Shown piece after piece: positions 49,449-60,195 of a DNA stretch of 64,000 nt. A program made the translations under genes and the position numbers. A model generated the notes under the pieces. It searched no databases and had not been told where the DNA came from. It saw only the letters and a program-made list of their open reading frames with translations. Source of the stretch: Dehalococcoidia bacterium (lineage in GTDB: Bacteria > Chloroflexota > Dehalococcoidia > Bin125); contig JAJDYG010000030.1 in assembly GCA_022822855.1 (NCBI GenBank), positions 161 to 64,160 on the forward strand, written 5' to 3'. Every line of letters begins with the position of its first letter. Positions within the stretch are counted from its first letter, which is position 1.

Positions 49449-49478
49449 TTGACCCTGATTGCACCGCGCGGGTACGAT
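49449..49478 (+). promoter_or_regulatory. sigma70-type promoter for the nuo operon
   Basis: TTGACC-N18-TACGAT. Confidence 0.6.
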
Positions 49479-49534
49479 CTGTTCGCACTGGGGAATCTGG
49501 TGCGTATCTTCAGAGCGGGTGACGGCAGGTAGAC

Positions 49535-49924
49535 GTGTCTGAGCTGTTTGAGAACTACGGCGCCGTCCTGGTCGCGATTCCCGTCGGGATCATGCTGGTC
49601 CTGACCGCGCTGCTGGCGACCAAGCTGCTCGCCCCGCAGCGACGCACCGCGCTGAAGGGTCAGGTGTACGAGTGCGGCATGCTGCCGATTGGGCGCAACT
49701 GGGCCCAGGTCCACGTCCGCTACTACACCTATGCGCTGCTCTTTCTCGTCTTCGACGTGGAGGTCGTCTTTCTCTTCCCCTGGGCCGTCTCCTTCCTCGG
49801 ACTGATGGGCGAGCCCGACTGGGGCAAGGTCATCCTCTGGCAGATGGTGCTCTTCATCGGCACGCTGCTGATCGCGCTGGCCTACGCCTGGCGCAAGGGC
49901 GTCTTCGACTGGCAACGGAACTAA
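49535..49924 (+). CDS. nuoA: NADH-quinone oxidoreductase subunit A
   Basis: YECG, YY.YALLFLVFDVE, FPWA, YAWRKG. Confidence 0.95.
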   Translation: MSELFENYGAVLVAIPVGIMLVLTALLATKLLAPQRRTALKGQVYECGMLPIGRNWAQVHVRYYTYALLFLVFDVEVVFLFPWAVSFLGLMGEPDWGKVILWQMVLFIGTLLIALAYAWRKGVFDWQRN

Positions 49925-49948
49925 CGGAACACGGAGCGAGAGGGCCGC

Positions 49949-50533
49949 ATGACGACCTCCCAGCCACCACACATGATTGATCCCGGAGGCGATCCGACGC
50001 CGGTGATCATCTCGCCCGAGTCGCTTCGTCTGCAGGCGATTGACGACGCTCCGCCGACCGTTCCCTACAAGGTTGTGTTGCCGGGCGTCATGCAGGCTCC
50101 GGCCGAGGCATTGATCTCGGCTGCGCGCAAGTCTTCGCTCTGGCCGATGACCTTTGGTCTGGCCTGCTGCGCGATCGAAATGATCGCCACCTATATGGCC
50201 AACCACGACCTCGACCGCTTCGGCATCGTGCCCTGGCCCTCGCCGCGACAGTCGGACGTGATGATCGTGGCCGGCACCGTAACCAAGAAGATGGCCCCGG
50301 CGGTCAAGCTGCTCTATGAGCAGATGCCGCATCCCAAATGGGTGATTTCGATGGGCGCCTGCGCGACCAACGGCGGGCCGTACACGCAGTACGACCGCGT
50401 GGTCCAGGGCGTCGACAACATCGTGCCGGTCGACGTCTACGTGCCCGGCTGCCCGCCCCGTCCGGAAGCCCTGATCGACGGTCTGCTGGCTCTGCAGGAG
50501 AAGATCGTCGAGGAACGGGCACGGGGTTACTAA
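49949..50533 (+). CDS. nuoB: NADH-quinone oxidoreductase subunit B
   Basis: [28 protein letters not shown] (N2 ligands intact). Confidence 0.97.
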   Translation: MTTSQPPHMIDPGGDPTPVIISPESLRLQAIDDAPPTVPYKVVLPGVMQAPAEALISAARKSSLWPMTFGLACCAIEMIATYMANHDLDRFGIVPWPSPRQSDVMIVAGTVTKKMAPAVKLLYEQMPHPKWVISMGACATNGGPYTQYDRVVQGVDNIVPVDVYVPGCPPRPEALIDGLLALQEKIVEERARGY

Positions 50534-50539
50534 ACCGCC

Positions 50540-51541
50540 ATGACATCACGTCGCACGCCGGCCGCGCTCGAGGAACCGCCGAGTAACGAACCGCCTCCCG
50601 GTTCGATTGCCGACACCTACCGCGAGGTCATGCCGTTGGTCGACTTCGACGCGGCCATGACCAAGGGCGACGACGTGGCGTTGACGATTCCCGCCGACTC
50701 GATCCATGAAGTGCTCGAACGGGGCCGCGACGACGAGCGCCTGCAGATGAACCTGCTTCGCAATCAGACTGCGGTCGACTGGGAAGATCGCGGGCTGGAG
50801 ATCGTCTATCACCTCTACTCGATTCCTCTGCGCCAGGCCGTGACGATCAAGTCCTGGCTGCCATCGGAGGGCGCCGTCGTCGAGTCGATCACCGACATCT
50901 ACGAAATGGCCAACTGGGCCGAACGCGAATGTCGGGAGATGTTCGGGATCGAGTTCATCGGTCATCCCGACCCGCGCAATCTGTTGCTCGACGAAGACCT
51001 CGATATCCATCCGCTGCGCAAGAGCCATCCGCTCGCGCCGATCGAGATGGAGCAGGGCGTCGACGTCGAGTTCTTCACCAAGCAATACCCGCCGCCGGAA
51101 CCCGAGGAAGAAGAAGCGGCGGCGCCCGAAGCCGCCGCCGCTGCCGCGCCCGAGCGCAAGCGGCTTGAGGACATGACCGAAGAGGAACGCGAAGAGCGGC
51201 GGGCCGAGCAGGCCGAACGCGTCGCTCGGGCTCGCGAACTCGCGGCCGTCCGTCGAGCCGAGCGTCTGGCGGGCGCGCCGCCTGCCGGCGGTCCGCGACC
51301 GGAAGGCGCGGCTCCGCCGCCGCCTCCCGCAGCGCCCGCTGCAGCTCCAGCCGCCGCCGAGCCAGCGCCGTCCAGCGCACCGGCCCAGGACGACCGACCG
51401 CCGGCGCCTCCGCCGCCGGAATTGCCGACCATCCCCGACGCCGAAGAAGACCCCGAGGGCCGTGCCGCCGCGCAGGCCGAGCGGGTCCGACTCGGCCGCG
51501 AGCTGGCCGCCGCCAGGCGAGCCCAATTGCGCGGCGAATAG
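50540..51541 (+). CDS. nuoC: NADH-quinone oxidoreductase subunit C with long C-terminal extension
   Basis: TAVD, VYHL, ANWAERECREMFGI.F.GHPD, HPLRK. Confidence 0.92.
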   Translation: MTSRRTPAALEEPPSNEPPPGSIADTYREVMPLVDFDAAMTKGDDVALTIPADSIHEVLERGRDDERLQMNLLRNQTAVDWEDRGLEIVYHLYSIPLRQAVTIKSWLPSEGAVVESITDIYEMANWAERECREMFGIEFIGHPDPRNLLLDEDLDIHPLRKSHPLAPIEMEQGVDVEFFTKQYPPPEPEEEEAAAPEAAAAAAPERKRLEDMTEEEREERRAEQAERVARARELAAVRRAERLAGAPPAGGPRPEGAAPPPPPAAPAAAPAAAEPAPSSAPAQDDRPPAPPPPELPTIPDAEEDPEGRAAAQAERVRLGRELAAARRAQLRGE

Positions 51542-51605
51542 TCGGCCGTTCGTTGGTCAGCGGGGCTGACCGCAGCAACGAGACGAGGAGCAGGGAGTAG
51601 ACCGC

Positions 51606-52769
51606 ATGGTCCAGCAGACCTTTGAAGGTGAAGTACTCACTGAACCCGTCGTCGTCGAGCGCGAGTTCGAGACGGTCGACATGAACATCAACATCGGGCC
51701 GCAGCACCCGGCGACGCACGGCGTGTTCCGGATGGTGCTGACCGTTGACGGAGAGATCGTCAAGGACGCCATCCCATACATCGGCTACATGCACCGAGGC
51801 GGCGAGAAGCTCTCCGAGAATCTCGACTACCGCGGCGCGCTGGGTTACCAGGACCGTACCGACTACCTGGCCGCGTTCAACTCCGAGTGGGTCTACGTCA
51901 ACGCCGTCGAGCGGCTGGCGGGCATCGAAATCCCCGAGCGGGCCGAGTACGTCCGCCTGATCCTGGCCGAGTTCAACCGCCTGCTCTCGCACTTCATGTT
52001 CATGGGCGCGTTCGGCACCGACGTCGGCTATTTCGGAACCGCCTTCACCTGGACGTTCAAGGAACGCGAACGGATCCAGGATCTGTTTGAGGCGGTCTGC
52101 GGCGACCGGATTATGTACAACTACTTCCGAGTCGGCGGACTGGCCTGGGAGCCGCACGAGACCTTCATCGAGGATTCGCACTGGGTGCTCGACCAGGTCG
52201 AGGTCGGAATCGGCGACGTAGACGACCTGATGACCAACAACGAGGTCTTTGTCGCCCGCTGCCGCGACGTGGGCGCGATGACAGCTGACGAGGCGATCTC
52301 CTACGGCGTCACCGGTCCCATGCTGCGAGCCTCGGGCGTGCCCTTCGACCTGCGGGTCGACGAGCCCTACTCGATCTACGACCGCTTCCACTGGGAGATC
52401 CCGGTGGGCGAGCGCGGTGATGTCTACGACCGCTACCTCGTGCGCCTTGAAGAGATGCGGCAATCGGTCACGATCCTGCGCCAGGCGCTGGATCAGATGC
52501 CGACCTCGGGGCCGATCGAGCCGGAGCGGATGCCCGCGCGGCTGCGCCCGGCGCCCGGCGAAATCTACATGCGCCAGGAGAATCCGCGCGGCGAATACGG
52601 GATCTACATGGTCTCGGACGGCACCGACAAGCCGTGGCGCGTCAAGATGCGCTCACCATGCTTCCACAACCTGTCGGCGCTCAAGCCGCAGGTGATCAAC
52701 ACCTACCTCGCGGACGCGGTCGTAGCGCTCGGTTCGATCGACATCGTGCTCTGCGAGGTCGACCGCTGA
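51606..52769 (+). CDS. nuoD: NADH-quinone oxidoreductase subunit D
   Basis: GPQHPATHGV, GYMHRG.EK, DRTDY, TGPMLRASG, ENPRGE, EVDR. Confidence 0.97.
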   Translation: MVQQTFEGEVLTEPVVVEREFETVDMNINIGPQHPATHGVFRMVLTVDGEIVKDAIPYIGYMHRGGEKLSENLDYRGALGYQDRTDYLAAFNSEWVYVNAVERLAGIEIPERAEYVRLILAEFNRLLSHFMFMGAFGTDVGYFGTAFTWTFKERERIQDLFEAVCGDRIMYNYFRVGGLAWEPHETFIEDSHWVLDQVEVGIGDVDDLMTNNEVFVARCRDVGAMTADEAISYGVTGPMLRASGVPFDLRVDEPYSIYDRFHWEIPVGERGDVYDRYLVRLEEMRQSVTILRQALDQMPTSGPIEPERMPARLRPAPGEIYMRQENPRGEYGIYMVSDGTDKPWRVKMRSPCFHNLSALKPQVINTYLADAVVALGSIDIVLCEVDR

Positions 52770-52798
52770 TGCGGACTGAACAAGAGGTTTGCCAGGCA

Positions 52799-52838
52799 CC
52801 CCCCTCAGCCTTCGGCAGCTCCCCCCAGAGGGGGGAGC
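52799..52838. repeat. palindromic repeat family A copy between nuoD and nuoH
   Basis: cccccctcagccttcggcagctccccccagaggggggagc. Confidence 0.75.
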
Positions 52839-52918
52839 GAGAGGGTGAGCTGATGGGCGTAAGCCGGATCGCGTGTAACCTGCGTGAGCAGCGCCAACAG
52901 GCAGCGGGGATGCGCTAA

Positions 52919-54127
<1,209 letters not shown>

Positions 54128-54160
54128 CAGAGCAGCTAGCAGAGGAAGAGGAGCAACCGC

Positions 54161-54679
54161 GTGGAGGACGGCGTCACCGCGACTCAGGTGGTGTTCTGGA
54201 TCCTGGCCGTGGTCATGCTGGTCTCAGCGATCGGCGTGGTCACCGCGGGCAACATCGTCTATGCGGCGTTGTTCTTCATCGCCTCGCTCGCCGGAGTCGC
54301 CGGCATCTACCTGATCCTCACGGTCGAGTTCATCGCCCTCGTCCAACTGCTGATCTACGGCTCCGCCGTCGTGATCCTGATTCTCTTCGCGCTCATGCTC
54401 ACGCGAGCCCGCGAGCGACCCCAGGCGTTGTTCGGACGCTCGCGGCCGCTCGGTATCGCCGCCTCGCTCGGCCTGTTGGCCGCGCTGATCGGCGGAATCG
54501 TCGCCACGACCTGGACCACTCCCGAATCTTCCTCGGCGATACAGCCGGTCGGCCTGCAAGCGATCGGCGATGCGATCTTCACGATCTGGATCGTGCCCTT
54601 CATCATCGTCGGCGTGCTGCTCTCGATCGCCCTGGACGGCGCGATCATGCTCGCCTCACCTGATGAGGACGACAACTGA
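54161..54679 (+). CDS. nuoJ: NADH-quinone oxidoreductase subunit J
   Basis: Five TMs, EFIALVQLLIYG.A. Confidence 0.92.
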   Translation: MEDGVTATQVVFWILAVVMLVSAIGVVTAGNIVYAALFFIASLAGVAGIYLILTVEFIALVQLLIYGSAVVILILFALMLTRARERPQALFGRSRPLGIAASLGLLAALIGGIVATTWTTPESSSAIQPVGLQAIGDAIFTIWIVPFIIVGVLLSIALDGAIMLASPDEDDN

Positions 54680-54993
54680 TGCCGCCGCTTGACCACATTC
54701 TGATCGTCAATGCGGTGCTCTTCGCGATCGGCGCGATGGGTGTCCTTACGCGCCGTAACGCGGTATTGATCCTGCTCTCGGTCGAGCTGATGCTCAACGC
54801 CGTCTCGCTCAACATGGTCGCCTTTGCCGTCTACGGACACGTCGATTTCGGCAACATCACGGGGATCATCTTCGCCTTCTTCATCATCGTCATCGCCGCG
54901 GCCGAGGTCGCGCTGGCGCTGGGCATCGTCGTGCGGACCTTCCGCAACCGGGCCACCGCCAACGTCGACGAAGTGAATCTCCTCAAGTGGTAA
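54679..54993 (+). CDS. nuoK: NADH-quinone oxidoreductase subunit K
   Basis: RRN...SVELMLN, AAAEVA. Confidence 0.95.
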   Translation: MPPLDHILIVNAVLFAIGAMGVLTRRNAVLILLSVELMLNAVSLNMVAFAVYGHVDFGNITGIIFAFFIIVIAAAEVALALGIVVRTFRNRATANVDEVNLLKW

Positions 54994-55009
54994 CCGGGAG
55001 CATGCAGCA

Positions 55010-56944
55010 ATGATCTGGGCTGACCACGCGTGGATTCTGCCGGCGATCCCGGCCCTCTCCTTCGTCGTGCTGTTCCTGTTCGGCCGTAAGCTGCCGCGCG
55101 GCGGCGACTTCATCTCGGTCGGCGCGGCGCTGGCCGTGTTCGTGCTCTTCTTCTTCGTGTTGGAGTCTCACCTCGACTGGCTCGGCGCGGGACTCGGCGG
55201 GATTCGCAACGTCGGCACCGACTGGATCAACTTCGACAGTTTCGTCGTCCGGCTTGGTTTCACCGTCGACTCGATTGCGATGGTGATGGTCTTCGTCGTC
55301 GCCACGGTGGCGCTGATGGTCAATATCTATTCGACCAACTATCTGCGTCATCACGGCAAGCCCGAGCCTCGGTACTGGTGGTACTTCGCCGTGCTCTCGC
55401 TGTTCGTGGCGATGATGCTGACCCTCGTCCTGGCCGACAACCTCTTGCTCATGTTCGTGGCCTGGGAGGGCGTGGGCCTCTGCTCCTTCCTCCTGATCGG
55501 CTTCTACTACGAGCGCCGCTCGGCGGTCGAGGCGGCCAAGAAGGCGTTCGTCACCACGCGACTGGGGGATGTCGGCCTGTTCATCGGCATCATCCTCTTC
55601 TGGCGCGCGACCGGCTCCTTCCAAATTTCCGACATCATCGCCGCCGCCGAGGCGGGCCGCGTCAATGACCTGCCGCAGGTCATGGGCGACGGCTACCTGA
55701 CGCTCTCGACCCTGATGCTTTTCCTCGGCGCAGCGGGCAAGTCGGCGCAGGTGCCGTTCCACGTCTGGCTGCCCGACGCGATGGAAGGCCCGACCCCGGT
55801 CTCCGCGCTGATCCACGCGGCCACGATGGTCGTCGCCGGCGTCTACCTGGTCGCCAGGCTGCTGCCGGTCTTCGAAGTCACCCCGGGCGCGTCCAACGTG
55901 GTGCTCGCGGTCGGCCTGACAACCGCGCTGCTCGCCGGCATGATGGCGCTCGCCCAGAACGACATCAAGCGAGTGCTCGCCTATTCCACGGTGTCGCAGC
56001 TGGGATTCATGTTCGTCGCCCTGGGGGTCGGCGCCGTCGGCATTGCCATGTTCCATCTACTCACGCACGCCTTCTTCAAAGCCTGCCTCTTCCTCGGCTC
56101 GGGATCCGTGATCCACATGACAGAGGAGCAGGACGCTCGCAAGCTGGGCGGCCTCTGGTGGCGGATGCCGGTCACGGCTTCCACGTTCATCATCTCCTCG
56201 GTCGCGCTGGCCGGTATCCCGCCGCTATCCGGGTTCTTCTCCAAGGACGAGATCTTCCTCGCCACGATCGGCGGCGCGAACACGGCGGTGGCAATCCTGC
56301 TCGGTGTGGCCGCCTTCCTTTCGGCGCTCTATATGGCCCGGCTGGTGATCATCACCTTCTTCGGTCCGCCCAAGGACATGGCCGTGATCAAGCGCGCTCG
56401 CGAGGCCGCCCCGACGATCCTGATTCCGCTGGTCTTCCTGACCGTCCTCACCTTCCTGGTCGGCTTCGTCGCCTTCGACCAGGTCGGCGACGCGCTCGGG
56501 TTCCCGGGCGGGATCAACAACTACGTCTATTTCCCCGAACCGCACGACTTCCACTTCTCCAACTCGATCGCCGCCGTCACCGGCACCGTCTCGCTGCTCG
56601 GCTTCCTGACCGCATGGTGGTTCTTCTGGGGCCGCAACTCCCACCGCGCGCAGGCGGTGCGTGAATTCCAGCCGCGACTGGCCGCCGTGATCGAGAACAA
56701 GTTCTACTTCGACGAGGCCTACCAGTGGGGCATCGACCGAGCCATGCTGCCGCTGGCCCGGATCGTCGCCTGGTTCGACCGCATGATCGTCAACGACACC
56801 GGGATCAACGCCCCGGCCGACGCGACGCGCTATGCCGCCTACTGGCTGCGCTACCACGTCACCGGACGGATTCCCGACTACGCGCTGCTCATGGTCGTCG
56901 GCGTCGCCCTTGCGGGCGGCCTCGCCTTCCTGCTGCGCGGCTAA
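55010..56944 (+). CDS. nuoL: NADH-quinone oxidoreductase subunit L
   Basis: WEGVGLCS.LLIGF, GKSAQ.P..WLPDAMEGPTPVSALIHAATMV, HAFFKA, FFSKDEI. Confidence 0.97.
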   Translation: MIWADHAWILPAIPALSFVVLFLFGRKLPRGGDFISVGAALAVFVLFFFVLESHLDWLGAGLGGIRNVGTDWINFDSFVVRLGFTVDSIAMVMVFVVATVALMVNIYSTNYLRHHGKPEPRYWWYFAVLSLFVAMMLTLVLADNLLLMFVAWEGVGLCSFLLIGFYYERRSAVEAAKKAFVTTRLGDVGLFIGIILFWRATGSFQISDIIAAAEAGRVNDLPQVMGDGYLTLSTLMLFLGAAGKSAQVPFHVWLPDAMEGPTPVSALIHAATMVVAGVYLVARLLPVFEVTPGASNVVLAVGLTTALLAGMMALAQNDIKRVLAYSTVSQLGFMFVALGVGAVGIAMFHLLTHAFFKACLFLGSGSVIHMTEEQDARKLGGLWWRMPVTASTFIISSVALAGIPPLSGFFSKDEIFLATIGGANTAVAILLGVAAFLSALYMARLVIITFFGPPKDMAVIKRAREAAPTILIPLVFLTVLTFLVGFVAFDQVGDALGFPGGINNYVYFPEPHDFHFSNSIAAVTGTVSLLGFLTAWWFFWGRNSHRAQAVREFQPRLAAVIENKFYFDEAYQWGIDRAMLPLARIVAWFDRMIVNDTGINAPADATRYAAYWLRYHVTGRIPDYALLMVVGVALAGGLAFLLRG

Positions 56945-56987
56945 CGGCCAGTTGGCGAAGAGAACGAGATAGAGAGAGGCGCACAGC

Positions 56988-58508
56988 GTGGACGCAGGCG
57001 AAGCACTCCTCCTGCTCTTGCTGATCCCCGGGGCAGCCATGCTGCTCACGATCCTCGTGCCCTCCAGGCACGCCGACGTCGTGCGTTGGATCGCGTTGGT
57101 CGCCACGACCGCCACGTTGATCGACTCGATCTGGATCTTCGCCGTCTACGACTTCGCCGAGGGCGGCTACCAGTTCAACCTCCAGTACCCGTGGATTGAG
57201 AACATCGCGTTCCTCGGCGAGAACGGCATCTCGCTGCATCTCGCCGTCGACGGCATCGCCGCGCCGATGGTCCTGCTCAACGGACTGGTCGGTTTCGCCG
57301 GTGTGCTCGTTTCGTGGAAGATCACGCATCGGGTGAAGGACTTCTTCATCCTCTTCATGGCGCTGTTCACCGGCGTCTACGGCGTGTACATCGGCCAGGA
57401 CCTGTTCTTCTGGTTCTTCGCCTACGAGCTCGCCGTGTTGCCCATGTACCTGCTGATCGTGATCTGGGGCTCGACCAACAAGGAATACGGCGCGATGAAG
57501 CTGACCATGGTCCTGGTCGGCGGCTCGGTGCTGATCTTCATCGGCATCTTCGCCGTCTTCGCCGAGGCCGGCGCCGGCACCTTCGACATGGCCGTCCTGC
57601 GCGAGATCGAATTCGGCCGCGGCTTCGCCAACACCTTCTTCCCCTTCTTCATGATCGGCTGCGGCATCCTGGCCGGCCTCTTCCCCTTCCATACTTGGTC
57701 GCCCGACGGCCACGTGGCCGCTCCAACCGCGGTCTCGATGCTCCACGCCGGGGTCTTGATGAAGCTGGGCGCCTTCGGCATCATCCGCCTGGGCATGGAG
57801 ATCCTGCCCGCCGGCACCGACTTCTGGATGCCCGTGCTGCTCGTGCTGGGCGGCGTCGCCGCTGTCTATGGGGCGATCTCGGCCATCCACCAGACCGACC
57901 TCAAGTTCGTGATCGGTTACTCGTCCGTCTCCCACATGGGCTTCGTCCTGATGGGTCTGGGCACGATGAACAACATCGGCGTCAACGGCGCCGTGCTGCA
58001 GATGTTCTCGCACGGTGTGATGACCGCCCTCTTCTTCGCCATGGTCGGCGGACTCTACGACCAGGCGCACACGCGCGATATCCGCGTCTTCGGCGGACTC
58101 GTGCGCAAGATGCCGCTGTTCGTGATCTTCTTCGGCATCGCCGGCCTGACCTCGCTCGGCTTACCCGGACTGTCGGGATTCGTGGCCGAGTTCCACATCT
58201 TCGTCGGCACGATCGACACGTTCCCGCTGTTCGCCGCGCTGGGCATCCTCTCGGCCGCGCTGACCGCCATCTACGTGCTGCGGCTGATGGGCCGCGCCGC
58301 GCTGGGTCCGTTCAACCCGCGCTGGGAGAACCTGAAGGATCTCACTCGCTGGGAGATCGCCGCAGCCATCGTGCTGATCGCGCCGATCATCGCCATGGGT
58401 ATCTGGCCCGACCCGTTCATTGACCGGATCGCGCCCACCGTGGCGGAACTGCCGAAGATTGATCAGATCGGCGGGCTGTTCACACTCAGCTCGCTGACCG
58501 GACGGTGA
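56988..58508 (+). CDS. nuoM: NADH-quinone oxidoreductase subunit M
   Basis: YE...PMY, PFHTW.PD.H, GVLMKLG, YSSVSHMG, LGLPG.SGFVAEF. Confidence 0.95.
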   Translation: MDAGEALLLLLLIPGAAMLLTILVPSRHADVVRWIALVATTATLIDSIWIFAVYDFAEGGYQFNLQYPWIENIAFLGENGISLHLAVDGIAAPMVLLNGLVGFAGVLVSWKITHRVKDFFILFMALFTGVYGVYIGQDLFFWFFAYELAVLPMYLLIVIWGSTNKEYGAMKLTMVLVGGSVLIFIGIFAVFAEAGAGTFDMAVLREIEFGRGFANTFFPFFMIGCGILAGLFPFHTWSPDGHVAAPTAVSMLHAGVLMKLGAFGIIRLGMEILPAGTDFWMPVLLVLGGVAAVYGAISAIHQTDLKFVIGYSSVSHMGFVLMGLGTMNNIGVNGAVLQMFSHGVMTALFFAMVGGLYDQAHTRDIRVFGGLVRKMPLFVIFFGIAGLTSLGLPGLSGFVAEFHIFVGTIDTFPLFAALGILSAALTAIYVLRLMGRAALGPFNPRWENLKDLTRWEIAAAIVLIAPIIAMGIWPDPFIDRIAPTVAELPKIDQIGGLFTLSSLTGR

Positions 58509-60070
58509 CACTGATGGACCTCGAATATCAGCTGATCATCCCCGAATTCGTCATGGCCGGCCTGGCCGTGCTAGTCATCGCCGCTGCATTGGCGTTCCGA
58601 AACGTCGACCAGAAGTGGTTCGGCTACGCCACGGCGGCGGCGCTGGCCGTGATCGCCGTCGTGACAGCCGTCGCCTACTGGAACACCAACGACGACTTCG
58701 GCGGAGTACTCGCCGTCGACCACTTCACGGTCTTGTTCCGAGTCTTTTTCCTCGGCATCGCCTTCTTCACGGTGATGGCGGCCGTCCAGTTCGCCGGCGA
58801 CCGACTCAAGAATCACGCCGAGTTCTACGGCCTGATCGTCTTCGCCACGCTCGGGATGATGCTGCTCGCCGCCTCGCGCGAGTTGCTGACCGCGTACCTC
58901 TCGCTCGAGCTGCTCTCGTTCAGCTTCTACATCCTGGTCGGCTTCAACAAGCTCAACCCCTTCTCCAACGAGGGTTCGCTCAAGTACATGCTGCTCGGTG
59001 CGTTCTCTTCGGCGCTGATGCTCTACGGGATCTCCCTGATCTACGGCGTCACCGGGACGACCACCTACTCCGCCATCGGCCCCGACGTCGTCGAGGGCAC
59101 GCGCAACATCGCCGGACAGCTCGCCTCGTTCGCCGGAGGCAGCGGCGGCGTTGACCCCGACGGCGCGCGACCCGGCCTCCTGATCGGCCTGGTCCTGATC
59201 ACCGCCGGACTCGGCTTCAAGGTCTCGGCCGTGCCCTTCCACCAGTGGACGCCTGACGCCTACCAGGGCGCGCCGCTGCCGATCACCGCGTTCCTCAGCG
59301 CCGGCGGCAAGGCCGCCGCCTTCGCCTTCTTCCTGCGGCTCTTCTCCGAGGCCTTCCTGCCCGCCGCCGCCGAGTGGGTCTGGTTCGTCGGCATCCTCGC
59401 CGCCGTCACCATGATCGTCGGCAACCTGATGGCGCTGCAGCAGACCAACTTCAAGCGACTGATGGCCTATTCCTCCATCTCGCAGGTCGGCTATCTGCTT
59501 GTCGGTATCGTCGCGCTCGACGCGGCCAACATCACGCAGTCTCAGGACGCCGCCTCAGCCCTGGTCTTACATCTGATCGGCTATGTGACGACCAATATCG
59601 CCGTGTTCGCCGCGATCATTGCGTTCTACAACCGAACCGGCCGCGACGACATCGTCGACCTGCGCGGCCTGGCCGAGCGTCAACCGTTCCTCGCCTTTGC
59701 GATTGCGGCAGCGCTGTTCTCGTTAGCCGGAATGCCGCTCTTCGCCGGATTCGCGACCAAGTTCATCATTTTCCAGGCAGCCTTCAACAACGGTTTCCTC
59801 TGGCTCGGAGCAATCGGCGTCACCGCCTCCTTCGTCTCCCTCTACTACTACCTGATGGTGATCAAGCAGATGTACCTGTACGAGCCCGAAGGTTCCGACC
59901 GGGCCCGCTTCCACGTCTCGCGCCCGCTGGCCGGAGCGCTGGTGGTGCTGGTCGCCGGCGTCCTCTTTATCGGCCTGTACCCGACGCCGCTGTTCGACGT
60001 GATTCACAGCTCGACCGAGGGTCTCTTCGAGCAGGCCGCTGCCTTGTCGGCGGCAGTGGTGGGCGGATAG
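58505..60070 (+). CDS. nuoN: NADH-quinone oxidoreductase subunit N
   Basis: LELLS, E..LKY, FKVSAVPFH.W.PD.YQGAP, KRLMAYSSI, LAGMP..GF..K. Confidence 0.96.
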   Translation: MTLMDLEYQLIIPEFVMAGLAVLVIAAALAFRNVDQKWFGYATAAALAVIAVVTAVAYWNTNDDFGGVLAVDHFTVLFRVFFLGIAFFTVMAAVQFAGDRLKNHAEFYGLIVFATLGMMLLAASRELLTAYLSLELLSFSFYILVGFNKLNPFSNEGSLKYMLLGAFSSALMLYGISLIYGVTGTTTYSAIGPDVVEGTRNIAGQLASFAGGSGGVDPDGARPGLLIGLVLITAGLGFKVSAVPFHQWTPDAYQGAPLPITAFLSAGGKAAAFAFFLRLFSEAFLPAAAEWVWFVGILAAVTMIVGNLMALQQTNFKRLMAYSSISQVGYLLVGIVALDAANITQSQDAASALVLHLIGYVTTNIAVFAAIIAFYNRTGRDDIVDLRGLAERQPFLAFAIAAALFSLAGMPLFAGFATKFIIFQAAFNNGFLWLGAIGVTASFVSLYYYLMVIKQMYLYEPEGSDRARFHVSRPLAGALVVLVAGVLFIGLYPTPLFDVIHSSTEGLFEQAAALSAAVVGG

Positions 60071-60100
60071 CTCCAGGATTCCATTCTCGGACACGAATGT

Positions 60101-60189
60101 CCCAGTCCCCGACTTGTTCGGGGACCAGTTCCAGTCGGCACTGGCGAAGACGGGAGCGGGCGGGTCCCCGAATGAATCGGGGGACTGGG
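60101..60189. repeat. inverted pair of family-C REP-like hairpins between convergent nuoN and the GS-like gene
   Basis: cccagtccccgacttgttcggggacc ... ggtccccgaatgaatcgggggactggg; same unit as 35378-35402. Confidence 0.75.
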
Positions 60190-60195
60190 GAAGTC

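Noticed and set aside
51606-52769. NuoD as a group 4 [NiFe]-hydrogenase large subunit
   Set aside because: No N- or C-terminal CxxC nickel-binding motifs; quinone-site His and Tyr are present.
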